A DNA stretch of 64,000 nucleotides. Origin: Oligoflexales bacterium (GTDB lineage Bacteria > Bdellovibrionota_B > Oligoflexia > Oligoflexales > JAPPIL01). The DNA is taken from NCBI GenBank assembly GCA_965215515.1, contig OZ244057.1:416001-480000 (forward strand), in the 5' to 3' direction. Below are positions 1 through 8,539 of this stretch, piece after piece; the first letter of the stretch is position 1, and every line of letters begins with the position of its first letter. The position numbers and the translations under genes were made by a program. The notes beneath the pieces were generated by a model. The model searched no databases, was not told the origin of the DNA, and was given only the letters and a program-made list of their open reading frames with translations.

Positions 1-875
1 GTTACCCGCCTATTTCGTGCCTCTCTTGGACAGGGAGGCCATCCACTACAGGTTCTCGTCTGTGGTTCATATTCATATCTCGATTCGCCCTCACAAGCGT
101 TGGGATCTGTCCTACTATCACTCACCGCAGGCTGCCAAGGAGTACATCCGCATCTCCTACAGCAGCCCTTATTAGGGGCACTATCATTGAACGTCCCCCA
201 CCACCCGTTGCAGGTTAAGCTAAATGTATTAGCCACCTCGGTATTACCATCACAGCACTGTGTTGTCGGATCACATGGTGGCGGAGGCGGTGGTGTTGGT
301 GTTGGCGGCGGCGGCGGAGGTGGTGCCCCTAAGCCTGCGGGGCAGTACTTGGTGATGTTGCGGCAGACCGTGGGCTTGGCATCGCGCAACGCCATCCTCA
401 CCGCATCACCCCGCGTATAGTCACACTCCTCGCTCCCCCCGCCATGACAATCGGGATAAATATACCTGCCCTCAGCATCGGCATAGGCAAAGGCAACCGC
501 AACATTACCAGGACGCAACTGATAAAAATAACGTAACTGTCCACAGGCTTGCGGACGGAAACCCAAACGGTTATTCAACCCCAGATCGCGATCATCGGCG
601 TAGTCCCCACAATCACCCCTAGTACCGTCCTCATTCTTGTAGCCGATACCACCATCAGGGGCGAGCAACGCGGAGCCACTATAGTAATTACCGTGCTCGA
701 CTTTATACATATCTTGTAAGGTGGCCAGGTGGGCGAGATTGCTCTTCGCCTCCCCCCGCCGTGCCTGCGCCAAGAAAGCATGATAACGCGGCACTGCCAA
801 GGCGACCAAAATGCCGATAATCGCCACCGCGACCATCAACTCCACCAAACTTAAACCCGCCTTCGTCCGCACCAC
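1..875 (-). CDS. Type IV pilin-like protein (prepilin N-terminal cleavage/methylation motif) with Pro-rich linker and Cys-rich C-terminal region; 3' end lies outside the window
   Basis: Manual translation (absent from the ORF track because no stop codon lies in the window): VVRTKAG|LSLVELMVAVAIIGILVALAVPRYHAFLAQARRGEAKSNL...GAPPPPPPPTPTPPPPPPCDPTTQCC...CCRRCGCTPWQP...QTRTCSG. Start is GTG at 875 or TTG at 899. Confidence 0.85.
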   Translation of the reverse strand, partial: MVRTKAGLSLVELMVAVAIIGILVALAVPRYHAFLAQARRGEAKSNLAHLATLQDMYKVEHGNYYSGSALLAPDGGIGYKNEDGTRGDCGDYADDRDLGLNNRLGFRPQACGQLRYFYQLRPGNVAVAFAYADAEGRYIYPDCHGGGSEECDYTRGDAVRMALRDAKPTVCRNITKYCPAGLGAPPPPPPPTPTPPPPPPCDPTTQCCDGNTEVANTFSLTCNGWWGTFNDSAPNKGCCRRCGCTPWQPAVSDSRTDPNACEGESRYEYEPQTRTCSGWPPCPREARNRRV

Positions 876-923
876 TTCCCTTTTTTTGGCTAAAAACAAA
901 ACTTTCCCGCGCGAACACCATCG

Positions 924-1051
924 GCGTTTTTTTTTTCACTTTAGTTACGTTGCCAAAACCCCCAAATTACAGTTGTCTGCCTGCAATATTGCGGGAGAGA
1001 GGGAAGATGGGGCGCTGCCCCATACCCCGCACAACTTTTTGAAAAAAGTTG
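924..1051. repeat. ~125-bp structured direct repeat, copy 1 (slightly diverged)
   Basis: GCG-T(n)-CACTTTAGTTACGTTGCC...ATGGGGCGCTGCCCCATACCCCGCACAACTTTTTGAAAAAAGTTG recurs at 1872-1996 and 3287-3411. This copy has T10 instead of T7 and about 6 substitutions. Confidence 0.95.
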
Positions 1052-1206
1052 GTACAGAAACTTAATTAACCTCAGGGGGTTGGAGCAGTTGTTTGATTTT
1101 GCCGTGTGATTTTATCTTAGCGGTGAGCAGAAAATTTTTGCTGTCGTGGCTGTGCTATCTACGGCAAGCAGTGCCTGCTGGCACTTGCACAGCATCGAGC
1201 TGTTTG

Positions 1207-1809
1207 CTAGCTGCAATTAAGAGTGCGCTTAATGTCGGCCAGCTCCTCTCCGCTGAGCTGTATAACGTCACAAATCTGCTCGTCAGGCATACCTTTCGCC
1301 AGCATCCGAGCGACAACATCCCGCTGCTTCCGTTCGATACCCTGTTCGATACCACGCCTCTCCGCCTTGTCAAGACTGAATTCTATCGTGGGCATAAGTC
1401 TCTCCTCCTCACGTAGACCTGGCCAATACTCCCGCTCAATGCGATCAAACTCACCCCTCCCAAACCCCCCATCGGTATATTCATAGTAGTCCGTTAGCGG
1501 AATCATCACAATACCCCTGTGCACAGCTGGAATCTCACGCGCTTTCCGCAACAGCAACGCCACATCTTCTTCCGTCGCACGCCAAAAACGGCGAATAGCC
1601 TCGATAACTACCCCCGTAGATTCAGCCCGACGCAAAACACTGTCCGACAGTTTGTGCAGATTTATGATTTTACAGAAAAAATTAGGATTGAGATGTGACA
1701 GCGACTGCACCGCCGCAGGTATCTCCCCCCTCCTATTCCTGAACACCCAAATGTGGATGGCCAGCCTGCAGTTGCCTACCCCGCATTCCCCTTTGCTCTC
1801 CAGCCACAA
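1207..1809 (-). pseudogene. Internally deleted, frameshifted copy of the Rpn-family gene; small C-terminal ORF 1207-1395 remains intact
   Basis: Near-identical to 2152-3276 but lacks the 374 bp equivalent to 2792-3165 (junction GAACACCCAA|ATGTGGATGG), which removes the PD..ExK core and shifts the frame. It also has 8 fewer 12-bp repeat units. Confidence 0.9.
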
Positions 1810-1871
1810 ACCTATCTCCCCAAATCAAATAACTAATTAGCAAGGTAGCACAAAGAAACATGGAGACTCTA

Positions 1872-1996
1872 GCGTTTTTTTCACTTTAGTTACGTTGCCA
1901 AACCCCCCCAATTACCATTGTCTACCTGCAATATTGCGGGAGAGAGAGAAGATGGGGCGCTGCCCCATACCCCGCACAACTTTTTGAAAAAAGTTG
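1872..1996. repeat. ~125-bp structured direct repeat, copy 2
   Basis: Identical to 3287-3411; separates the two Rpn cassettes. Confidence 0.95.
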
Positions 1997-2151
1997 GTAC
2001 AGAAACTTAATTAACCTCAGGGGGTTGGAGCAGTTGTTTGATTTTGCCGTGTGATTTTATCTTAGCGGTGAGCAGAAAATTTTTGCTGTCGTGGCTGTGC
2101 TATCTACGGCAAGCAGTGCCTGCTGGCACTTGCACAGCATCGAGCTGTTTG

Positions 2152-3276
2152 CTAGCTGCAATTAAGAGTGCGCTTAATGTCGGCCAGCTCCTCTCCGCTG
2201 AGCTGTATAACGTCACAAATCTGCTCGTCAGGCATACCTTTCGCCAGCATCCGAGCGACAACATCCCGCTGCTTCCGTTCGATACCCTGTTCGATACCCT
2301 GTTCGATACCCTGTTCGATACCCTGTTCGATACCCTGTTCGATACCCTGTTCGATACCCTGTTCGATACCCTGTTCGATACCACGCTCAACACCACGCCT
2401 CTCCGCCTTGTCAAGACTGAATTCTATCGTGGGCATAAGTCTCTCCTCCTCACGTAGACCTGGCCAATACTCCCGCTCAATGCGATCAAACTCACCCCTC
2501 CCAAACCCCCCATCGGTATATTCATAGTAGTCCGTTAGCGGAATCATCACAATACCCCTGTGCACAGCTGGAATCTCACGCGCTTTCCGCAACAGCAACG
2601 CCACATCTTCTTCCGTCGCACGCCAAAAACGGCGAATAGCCTCGATAACTACCCCCGTAGATTCAGCCCGACGCAAAACACTGTCCGACAGTTTGTGCAG
2701 ATTTATGATTTTACAGAAAAAATTAGGATTGAGATGTGACAGCGACTGCACCGCCGCAGGTATCTCCCCCCTCCTATTCCTGAACACCCAACTGTTGTAG
2801 TCACTAGGAGGAGCGAAATTCTCGTCCTCGCAACACAGCAAAACGATAGGAATGACGATGCCACCTGTGCGACGACACAGTTCCGTGTGGTACTCCTTGA
2901 TCTGTAGAAGAACATCGTTTACCCTATGCGCCTTGAACTCAAAAACTATGCAGATGGTTAGCGGCGGCTCACCTGCATCGCCTTTGAGATCGACAGAGAC
3001 GACAAGATCAGGGCGGCGACTCTTGCCTGCAATATCCCTCGCTTCGCTCTCATCGATGCGCACCCTAGTTAAGTCTAACACCTCTAACTCTGCCTCGGTG
3101 AAGCTTAGCGCCACAATTTCTTGCACAAATTCTTTATTTTTGTAGATCTTTTGAAAGATGGCATCATGTGGATGGCCAGCCTGCAGATGCCTACCCCGCA
3201 TTCCCCTTTGCTCTCCAGCCACAAACCTATCTCCCCAAATCAAATAACTAATTAGCAAGGTAGCACAAAGAAACAT
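2152..3276 (-). CDS. Rpn family recombination-promoting nuclease / PD-(D/E)XK putative transposase
   Basis: HDAIFQK, RRPDLVV, IVFEFK and VIPIVL motifs, then (GIEQ)n and a C-terminal VARMLAKGMPDEQICDVIQLS helix bundle typical of Rpn/YhgA proteins. The true start may be GTG 3222 or ATG 3201. Confidence 0.88.
   Translation of the reverse strand: MFLCATLLISYLIWGDRFVAGEQRGMRGRHLQAGHPHDAIFQKIYKNKEFVQEIVALSFTEAELEVLDLTRVRIDESEARDIAGKSRRPDLVVSVDLKGDAGEPPLTICIVFEFKAHRVNDVLLQIKEYHTELCRRTGGIVIPIVLLCCEDENFAPPSDYNSWVFRNRRGEIPAAVQSLSHLNPNFFCKIINLHKLSDSVLRRAESTGVVIEAIRRFWRATEEDVALLLRKAREIPAVHRGIVMIPLTDYYEYTDGGFGRGEFDRIEREYWPGLREEERLMPTIEFSLDKAERRGVERGIEQGIEQGIEQGIEQGIEQGIEQGIEQGIEQGIERKQRDVVARMLAKGMPDEQICDVIQLSGEELADIKRTLNCS
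2277..2382. repeat. 12-bp coding tandem repeat (GATACCCTGTTC)n encoding GIEQ x8
   Basis: Directly visible. The deleted copy carries a single GIEQ at the equivalent position (~1332-1352). Confidence 0.95.
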
Positions 3277-3286
3277 GGAGACTCTA

Positions 3287-3416
3287 GCGTTTTTTTCACT
3301 TTAGTTACGTTGCCAAACCCCCCCAATTACCATTGTCTACCTGCAATATTGCGGGAGAGAGAGAAGATGGGGCGCTGCCCCATACCCCGCACAACTTTTT
3401 GAAAAAAGTTGTGCGG
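3287..3416. repeat. ~125-bp structured direct repeat, copy 3, ending in a 14-bp-arm hairpin (3387-3416)
   Basis: CCGCACAACTTTTT-GA-AAAAAGTTGTGCGG; lies just downstream of the 3445-4563 gene and may act as a terminator. Confidence 0.9.
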
Positions 3417-3444
3417 TGGCATCTACACTTCTAACGTGCATATT

Positions 3445-4563
3445 TCAATCGTCAAACTTAGGATTAATAGGGGTCTCGTGCGGTGTTTTGACAAATGACC
3501 CCATAGCACGACCCACTACGTGGGCGGCAACAATCACAGGAATAATTATGCCGAACCTCGCCGCACTCTTCCCAAGTCGTGTAGCACTCGGTAAGGCTGT
3601 GTCTCCTTTGCCAAAAACCCTGCGCATCCACGCAGCTACACCTTCAGCTCTCCTGTCTAGCCATTTCGTCAGACGCGTACTTTCTTTGCCCGCCAACTTT
3701 TTTCCTCTATCTATCATACCATTGGCAGCAAAAATAGAGGCTGCCAAGTACGTACCGAAAGCGGGAAACAAAAGGGCATACGAACTTCTGACATCTTCAC
3801 TAGCTCCGTGCTCCGCAGTAAATTCAAATGCCTTCCCCGTTGCTACTGCTTCTTGATAGAGCTGTATGGGGAAAAAGAATCTTCCCAATGTATATAGGCC
3901 AGGACCAAGCCCCTTTTTCTGTTTTTCAGAAAAATCTATCGCGTGACCAGCTTCATGGAGAGCAAGATCCAAGTTATCAGAGTAGAGTACCACGGTGTCG
4001 GCAAAAGGGTTGTAGTGATCACCCATCCCATACAGCAACCGCCCTGGCATTACCGTATAGATCAAAGCATTCATTGTCCCTAGAGTGAGCTTAGTTAGAA
4101 CAGATGTTTTGTCGTTTCTAAAGGTGCGTTGCCAGATTATTTTTGGATTATATTCATTGACAGATACGTGTGTGCTCGCCGAGTCTCCATCGGCAAGAGC
4201 TAATCTTACCGCCTTTTCCGCATCTTCATGCAACTCACCAGAACCGACGGTGCGATTCCAAAGCAATAGCTTTTGGGGCCAAGAAAAGAAACTACGCAGT
4301 GCATCGACGATCTTATTCTCCTTACCTCGGGTTACCAGCACCTCATGCAGTTTTTCCTCCAGCTGAGGGTCATTTTGAAGACGCTTTTCGATCTCATTAT
4401 CAGAATCTTGCGTCAACAGCACAACCTGCCTAGCTACAGGCTGACCTTGATCTTTGGTTGCGACACTAGGGGAAAACACCTGCCCTTGGCGCACAAGTGG
4501 CTTGCATGCAGTGGCAAAAAAGACAAAGACCAGCACCCATTCCTTCGTAACCCAGCTTCCCAT
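3445..4563 (-). CDS. Hypothetical lipoprotein/membrane protein with HExxH putative zinc-peptidase motif
   Basis: 372-aa ORF; hydrophobic N-terminus ending FATAC (lipobox-like); LALHEAGH followed by LYQEAVA; C-terminal hydrophobic segments. Confidence 0.6.
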   Translation of the reverse strand: MGSWVTKEWVLVFVFFATACKPLVRQGQVFSPSVATKDQGQPVARQVVLLTQDSDNEIEKRLQNDPQLEEKLHEVLVTRGKENKIVDALRSFFSWPQKLLLWNRTVGSGELHEDAEKAVRLALADGDSASTHVSVNEYNPKIIWQRTFRNDKTSVLTKLTLGTMNALIYTVMPGRLLYGMGDHYNPFADTVVLYSDNLDLALHEAGHAIDFSEKQKKGLGPGLYTLGRFFFPIQLYQEAVATGKAFEFTAEHGASEDVRSSYALLFPAFGTYLAASIFAANGMIDRGKKLAGKESTRLTKWLDRRAEGVAAWMRRVFGKGDTALPSATRLGKSAARFGIIIPVIVAAHVVGRAMGSFVKTPHETPINPKFDD

Positions 4564-4819
4564 AACATCACCTCACAGTATTGAAACAAAAACCAAAAAC
4601 CGACATTCGATGTGCTCATCGTCCGTTTTTTTTTTTTTTTCTTTAATGTTTTTCTATATCATACCGATTTAATTTAGAAATTTCGCTAATTTCACCCAGA
4701 AGTATAATCTCCCATCGACTCGCAACCCGTCCATCATTATACCTGAGTGCACAACACCTTTGCTAGCTGAGATGCAAAGGTTCAACCACACAGGTATAAT
4801 GATAGACAGGAGGTGTTGC

Positions 4820-5305
4820 ATGCAAGACGGCTGGATCTCTATCAACGACTATGCGCGCAAGTTCAGTGTTTCGGACATAACCGTGCGCCGACGCATCAAA
4901 CAAGGCAAAATTCCCGCCGAGCTTAAAAACGGCAAGTACTACATCAAAGCCGACTACCAAGATGCAAGCACACCGCCCGAGCAAAACCATACCCCGCCAG
5001 GAGTCGTGCCTGCGACACGTCCCTCGTTTTCTCCGCCCCCCCCTATCGCTAGCGAACAAATAACGACAGAACTGCCCCTTACCAACACCCCCACGCCCAG
5101 TACACAAGACAAAGAACTGCTGCAATTCTGCGACCGTTACCTCGCTGAACTTAAAACCAGAGAACAGCACCTCACCAAATGCCACGCGACCGAAATCGCT
5201 CTACTCGAAGCCAGACTTGCCAAGAAAGATAGCGAAATTAATGCTTTAAAACAACAAATAGAAGATTTGCAACTGCTAGTTAAAATTCTCGAGAACAAAA
5301 TTTAA
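4820..5305 (+). CDS. N-terminal HTH (excisionase/MerR-like) plus Pro-rich linker plus coiled-coil protein
   Basis: GGAGG SD before ATG 4820; WISINDYARKFSVSDITVRRRIKQGKI; heptad-rich C-terminus. Confidence 0.7.
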   Translation: MQDGWISINDYARKFSVSDITVRRRIKQGKIPAELKNGKYYIKADYQDASTPPEQNHTPPGVVPATRPSFSPPPPIASEQITTELPLTNTPTPSTQDKELLQFCDRYLAELKTREQHLTKCHATEIALLEARLAKKDSEINALKQQIEDLQLLVKILENKI

Positions 5306-5321
5306 GCGAATACAATTATTG

Positions 5322-5621
5322 CTACAGCTGAGCGACTTCGCGACGAGTCAAGCCAGTAGTTTTGCAGATGACGGTGTGCGCAAAACCCATCTTGAGCATA
5401 CGTTGTGCAATGCAGGCACGTTCTTGTTGCCGTCCTTGCCGCTTGCCTGTGCTGACACCACGGCGGTAAACAAAGCGGGCAGCCGTTATCGCTCCTCTAT
5501 ACTTGCGACGTAAATCGGCAAAAAGACTACCGCTGCTACCGATACGGCGTTTGATGAACGGTAATAGCCGCTCGATAACTTGTACGGCAAAGAGCAGACC
5601 TGTGAAAAATTTTCTGGCCAT
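5322..5621 (-). CDS. Small stand-alone protein resembling the Rpn C-terminal domain
   Basis: RRGVSTGKRQGRQQERACIAQRMLKMGFAHTVICKTTGLTRREVAQL matches the G..EG.....IA..ML..G.....I...TGL pattern of Rpn C-termini; ATG 5621 lies 4 nt after the secDF stop. Confidence 0.6.
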   Translation of the reverse strand: MARKFFTGLLFAVQVIERLLPFIKRRIGSSGSLFADLRRKYRGAITAARFVYRRGVSTGKRQGRQQERACIAQRMLKMGFAHTVICKTTGLTRREVAQL

Positions 5622-5625
5622 CGTT

Positions 5626-8319
5626 TCAGTTGCTTGCCGTGGCAGGACGGCGATGCTTTTTGCGTAGTAACTGAAGTTTTTCCGTCCAAATAACAAACGA
5701 ACTGGCGACGAAAGTTGAAGACAACGTTGCGATCAACACCCCTAAAGCCATTGCCATAGCAAAGTTCCAAATCTGCCCTGTGCCAAAAATCAAAATGCCA
5801 CTCAAGGCAAGCAGCGTTGTCACCGACGTGTTGATGGTGCGGGATAGAGTTTCATTGAGCGAAGTGTTGATGTTCTGTCGTAAATCACGCTTGGCATGAG
5901 TAAGTAAATTCTCCCGAATACGGTCGTAAATAACGATAGTGTCATTTACCGAATAACCGACAACGGTTAAGAAGGCTGCCACTGAAGTTAAATCAAAAGT
6001 GCGGCGGAAGAAAATATAAAAACCCAGCATAATGAAAATGTCCATTGTCATCTTGACCACCGCACCTGGTGCAAAACGCATGTCGAAACGAAACCCAATG
6101 TACAGCAAAACCCAAAAAATCGCATAGATAACCGACAACATACCTTGATTGCGTAACTCCGCACCTATTTGCGGCCCGACAAAATCCGCCTGCAATACCT
6201 CTGGTTGATGAACTTGCAAGTTACTCAGCAACGCCTCTTGGAATTCCTTGTAGTTGCGTGTCGCATCCTCTTGCCTGCTGTCGAAACGCAACAGATACTG
6301 CGTCTGCCCGCCTTCTAGTGCTTGGATCGAGACGTTGCGCAAACCACTGGTAGTAGCTGACTCCCGTATTGTGGTGGCAGACACATCGTTGGCAAAACCC
6401 AGCCGCATCTCCATTCCGCCTGCGAAATCAACACCCCAATTGACTCCGCTGATTGCTCCCGTGCCGAGCACGGATACGCCCAGCACAAGTGCGATGCCGA
6501 CAGCAAGACGGGCAGGCTTGAGAAAATTAAAAACTGTCTTCTTATCGCCCAAAACCTTGCCCGACAAAATCCAATGACGCAGCTGTGTGTCAGAATTCAT
6601 ACGGGCAACCACCGCAGCAAAAATCGCTCGTGAACAGTAGAGTGAGGTGAACATAGAGACAATCAAGCCGAGAATCAAAGTCACCGCAAAACCCTTAATC
6701 GGCCCTGAACTGTTCGTTTCAATCAATACGATTGCAGCAATCAAAGTCGTGACGTTGGCATCGACAATTGTCCAGAAGGCTTTTTGAAAACCATTACTTA
6801 CTGCATTCTTGGCATTGCGTCCTTCCCGTAACTCTTGGCGAATGCGTTCGTTAATCAAAACATTGGCATCGACCGCCATCCCCAAAGTCAGAATAAAACC
6901 CGCGATACCAGGCAATGATAACGCAAAACCAAAACTCGCCATCATCGCTAAGAGCAGAACGCCATTCAATAACAAGGCAAGGCAGGCGATCACTCCTGTG
7001 CGGCGGTAGAAGATGATCATAAATAGGAACACCAAACCCAATCCTAACAAGACACCCAGCACACCTTGATTGGCAAGCTCAGGGCCAAGACTTGCCCCGA
7101 CCTGTCGTTCCTCCATCACCTCGATCCTGGCGGGCAGTGCCCCCGACTTGAGAATAAGCGAGAGGTCGTTCGCCTCCTCCAGAATTTCATTGTAGCTGCG
7201 GCCGCTGCCAAGCGTGATGGAGGCTCGTCCCCCAGCAATTTTTTGCTGTATAACAGGGGCTGATTCAATCAAACCATCGAGCACGATGGCCATGCGTTTC
7301 TTGACATTGTTGCCTGTCACCGCGGCAAAACGCCGTCCGCCAGGGCCTGTGAAGCGCAACAGAACTTCAGGAGTGCGGTCGATGTTGTCGCCTTGCCCTA
7401 CCTGTGCATCGAGTACATCTTCGCCACCGACATCCGACTGAGGAAAAACTACCCACGAAGTAAAACGCGACTGTTTGCCACCTGCCATGACTTCACGCTG
7501 GAAAAGTAACTCACGATCATCAGGTACCGCGGGCTGCAAAAATTCACGCAGCACCTCCTGATCGTAAGAAGTGAAGGCCAACTGGCTGCCAGATTCATCG
7601 ACCAGCTCAACACCCTCAGGTAAATTGTTCTTGAGTCGATCGAAGCCTGTGAACTCATCATCGACAATCTGAAACTTCAACTGCGCCGTGCGTCCCAACA
7701 ACTCCTTTGCTTTTTCGGGATTCTTAAAACCAGGCAACTGCACCAAAATCGAGCCGTCAACACGTCGATTGATAACGGGCTCGGTCACACCCCACTTGTC
7801 GATACGGTTGCGTACCACCCGCTCGGCTTGCTCAAGGGCACTGTTCTTGATACGTTCCAGTTCGTCTTCCTCAAACTGAAAATCAAGATAATTATCGCCT
7901 CGCCCACTCTGCCTGAGACCAGGGTACTCCTTGCGCAGCTTGCCGCTGAGGTTAGCAGGCTGCTCGCCCTGCCACTCAACTCGTAGTGCCTGCCGTTGTT
8001 TGAGCGCACGCGCCGACTGCAATCCCAGCTTCTCAGCTTCGCTCCAACGCATAACCTCCGCAGCTAGTCGCCCAATCTTGTTCGCGACCGCCTCGCCTAC
8101 CGTCACCCCCAAGACCAGCTGCACCCCTCCCTGTAAGTCGAGGCCGAGCTTGACATGCTTGCGCGGCAACCACTGCGGGACACGTTTTTGAAATTCGGCA
8201 TCGTCGTTGCGAATCTCCTTCGGCAAGCTGAAATAAATAAGCGAGGGGGCGACGGCATACACGCCAAGTACAGCCAGACACGTTATGAACAACAACTTTC
8301 CCTTGAGCGCAGCAGACAT
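5626..8319 (-). CDS. secDF: Protein translocase subunit SecDF (fused)
   Basis: KLGLDLQGG, RNRIDKWGVTEP, LKSGALPA, GMAVDANVLINERIRQEL, GVDFAGG, GYSVNDTIVIYDRIREN, TLSRTINTS. Confidence 0.97.
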   Translation of the reverse strand: MSAALKGKLLFITCLAVLGVYAVAPSLIYFSLPKEIRNDDAEFQKRVPQWLPRKHVKLGLDLQGGVQLVLGVTVGEAVANKIGRLAAEVMRWSEAEKLGLQSARALKQRQALRVEWQGEQPANLSGKLRKEYPGLRQSGRGDNYLDFQFEEDELERIKNSALEQAERVVRNRIDKWGVTEPVINRRVDGSILVQLPGFKNPEKAKELLGRTAQLKFQIVDDEFTGFDRLKNNLPEGVELVDESGSQLAFTSYDQEVLREFLQPAVPDDRELLFQREVMAGGKQSRFTSWVVFPQSDVGGEDVLDAQVGQGDNIDRTPEVLLRFTGPGGRRFAAVTGNNVKKRMAIVLDGLIESAPVIQQKIAGGRASITLGSGRSYNEILEEANDLSLILKSGALPARIEVMEERQVGASLGPELANQGVLGVLLGLGLVFLFMIIFYRRTGVIACLALLLNGVLLLAMMASFGFALSLPGIAGFILTLGMAVDANVLINERIRQELREGRNAKNAVSNGFQKAFWTIVDANVTTLIAAIVLIETNSSGPIKGFAVTLILGLIVSMFTSLYCSRAIFAAVVARMNSDTQLRHWILSGKVLGDKKTVFNFLKPARLAVGIALVLGVSVLGTGAISGVNWGVDFAGGMEMRLGFANDVSATTIRESATTSGLRNVSIQALEGGQTQYLLRFDSRQEDATRNYKEFQEALLSNLQVHQPEVLQADFVGPQIGAELRNQGMLSVIYAIFWVLLYIGFRFDMRFAPGAVVKMTMDIFIMLGFYIFFRRTFDLTSVAAFLTVVGYSVNDTIVIYDRIRENLLTHAKRDLRQNINTSLNETLSRTINTSVTTLLALSGILIFGTGQIWNFAMAMALGVLIATLSSTFVASSFVIWTEKLQLLRKKHRRPATASN

Positions 8320-8539
8320 CTCGACAAACCCCCGCGGTGATAGAAGCACAAACCGTGAAGCCTCCTTGTACCGCTAAGCACACAGTAGTTAAAGACAAAA
8401 GTGCCCCCAGCCCCAGAACCCCAACCCCACGATATGATCGGGATGCAAGAAGCTAAACCCTTTTTCGATACCATGGCTTGTATTCGCCCCCCCATGTATG
8501 CGAACATGCACGACACTGCGTGCTTGCAACGAGAGACGA

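Noticed and set aside
100..939. ORF-track calls 100-420 (+), 575-781 (-) and 703-939 (-)
   Set aside because: They overlap the pilin-like frame, which has a clear prepilin motif and stays open to the window edge.
2038..2527. ORFs with FDTL, SIPC or VSNR repeats
   Set aside because: Alternative-frame readings of the GIEQ 12-bp repeat in the rpn gene.
924..3416. CRISPR array or diversity-generating retroelement suggested by the repeats
   Set aside because: The repeats are ~125 bp and separated by gene-sized duplicated cassettes, not unique spacers. No cas or reverse transcriptase gene is present, and the differences between copies are not confined to adenines.
5626..8319. SecD-SecF fusion as a novelty
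   Set aside because: Fused SecDF is common in many bacterial lineages.
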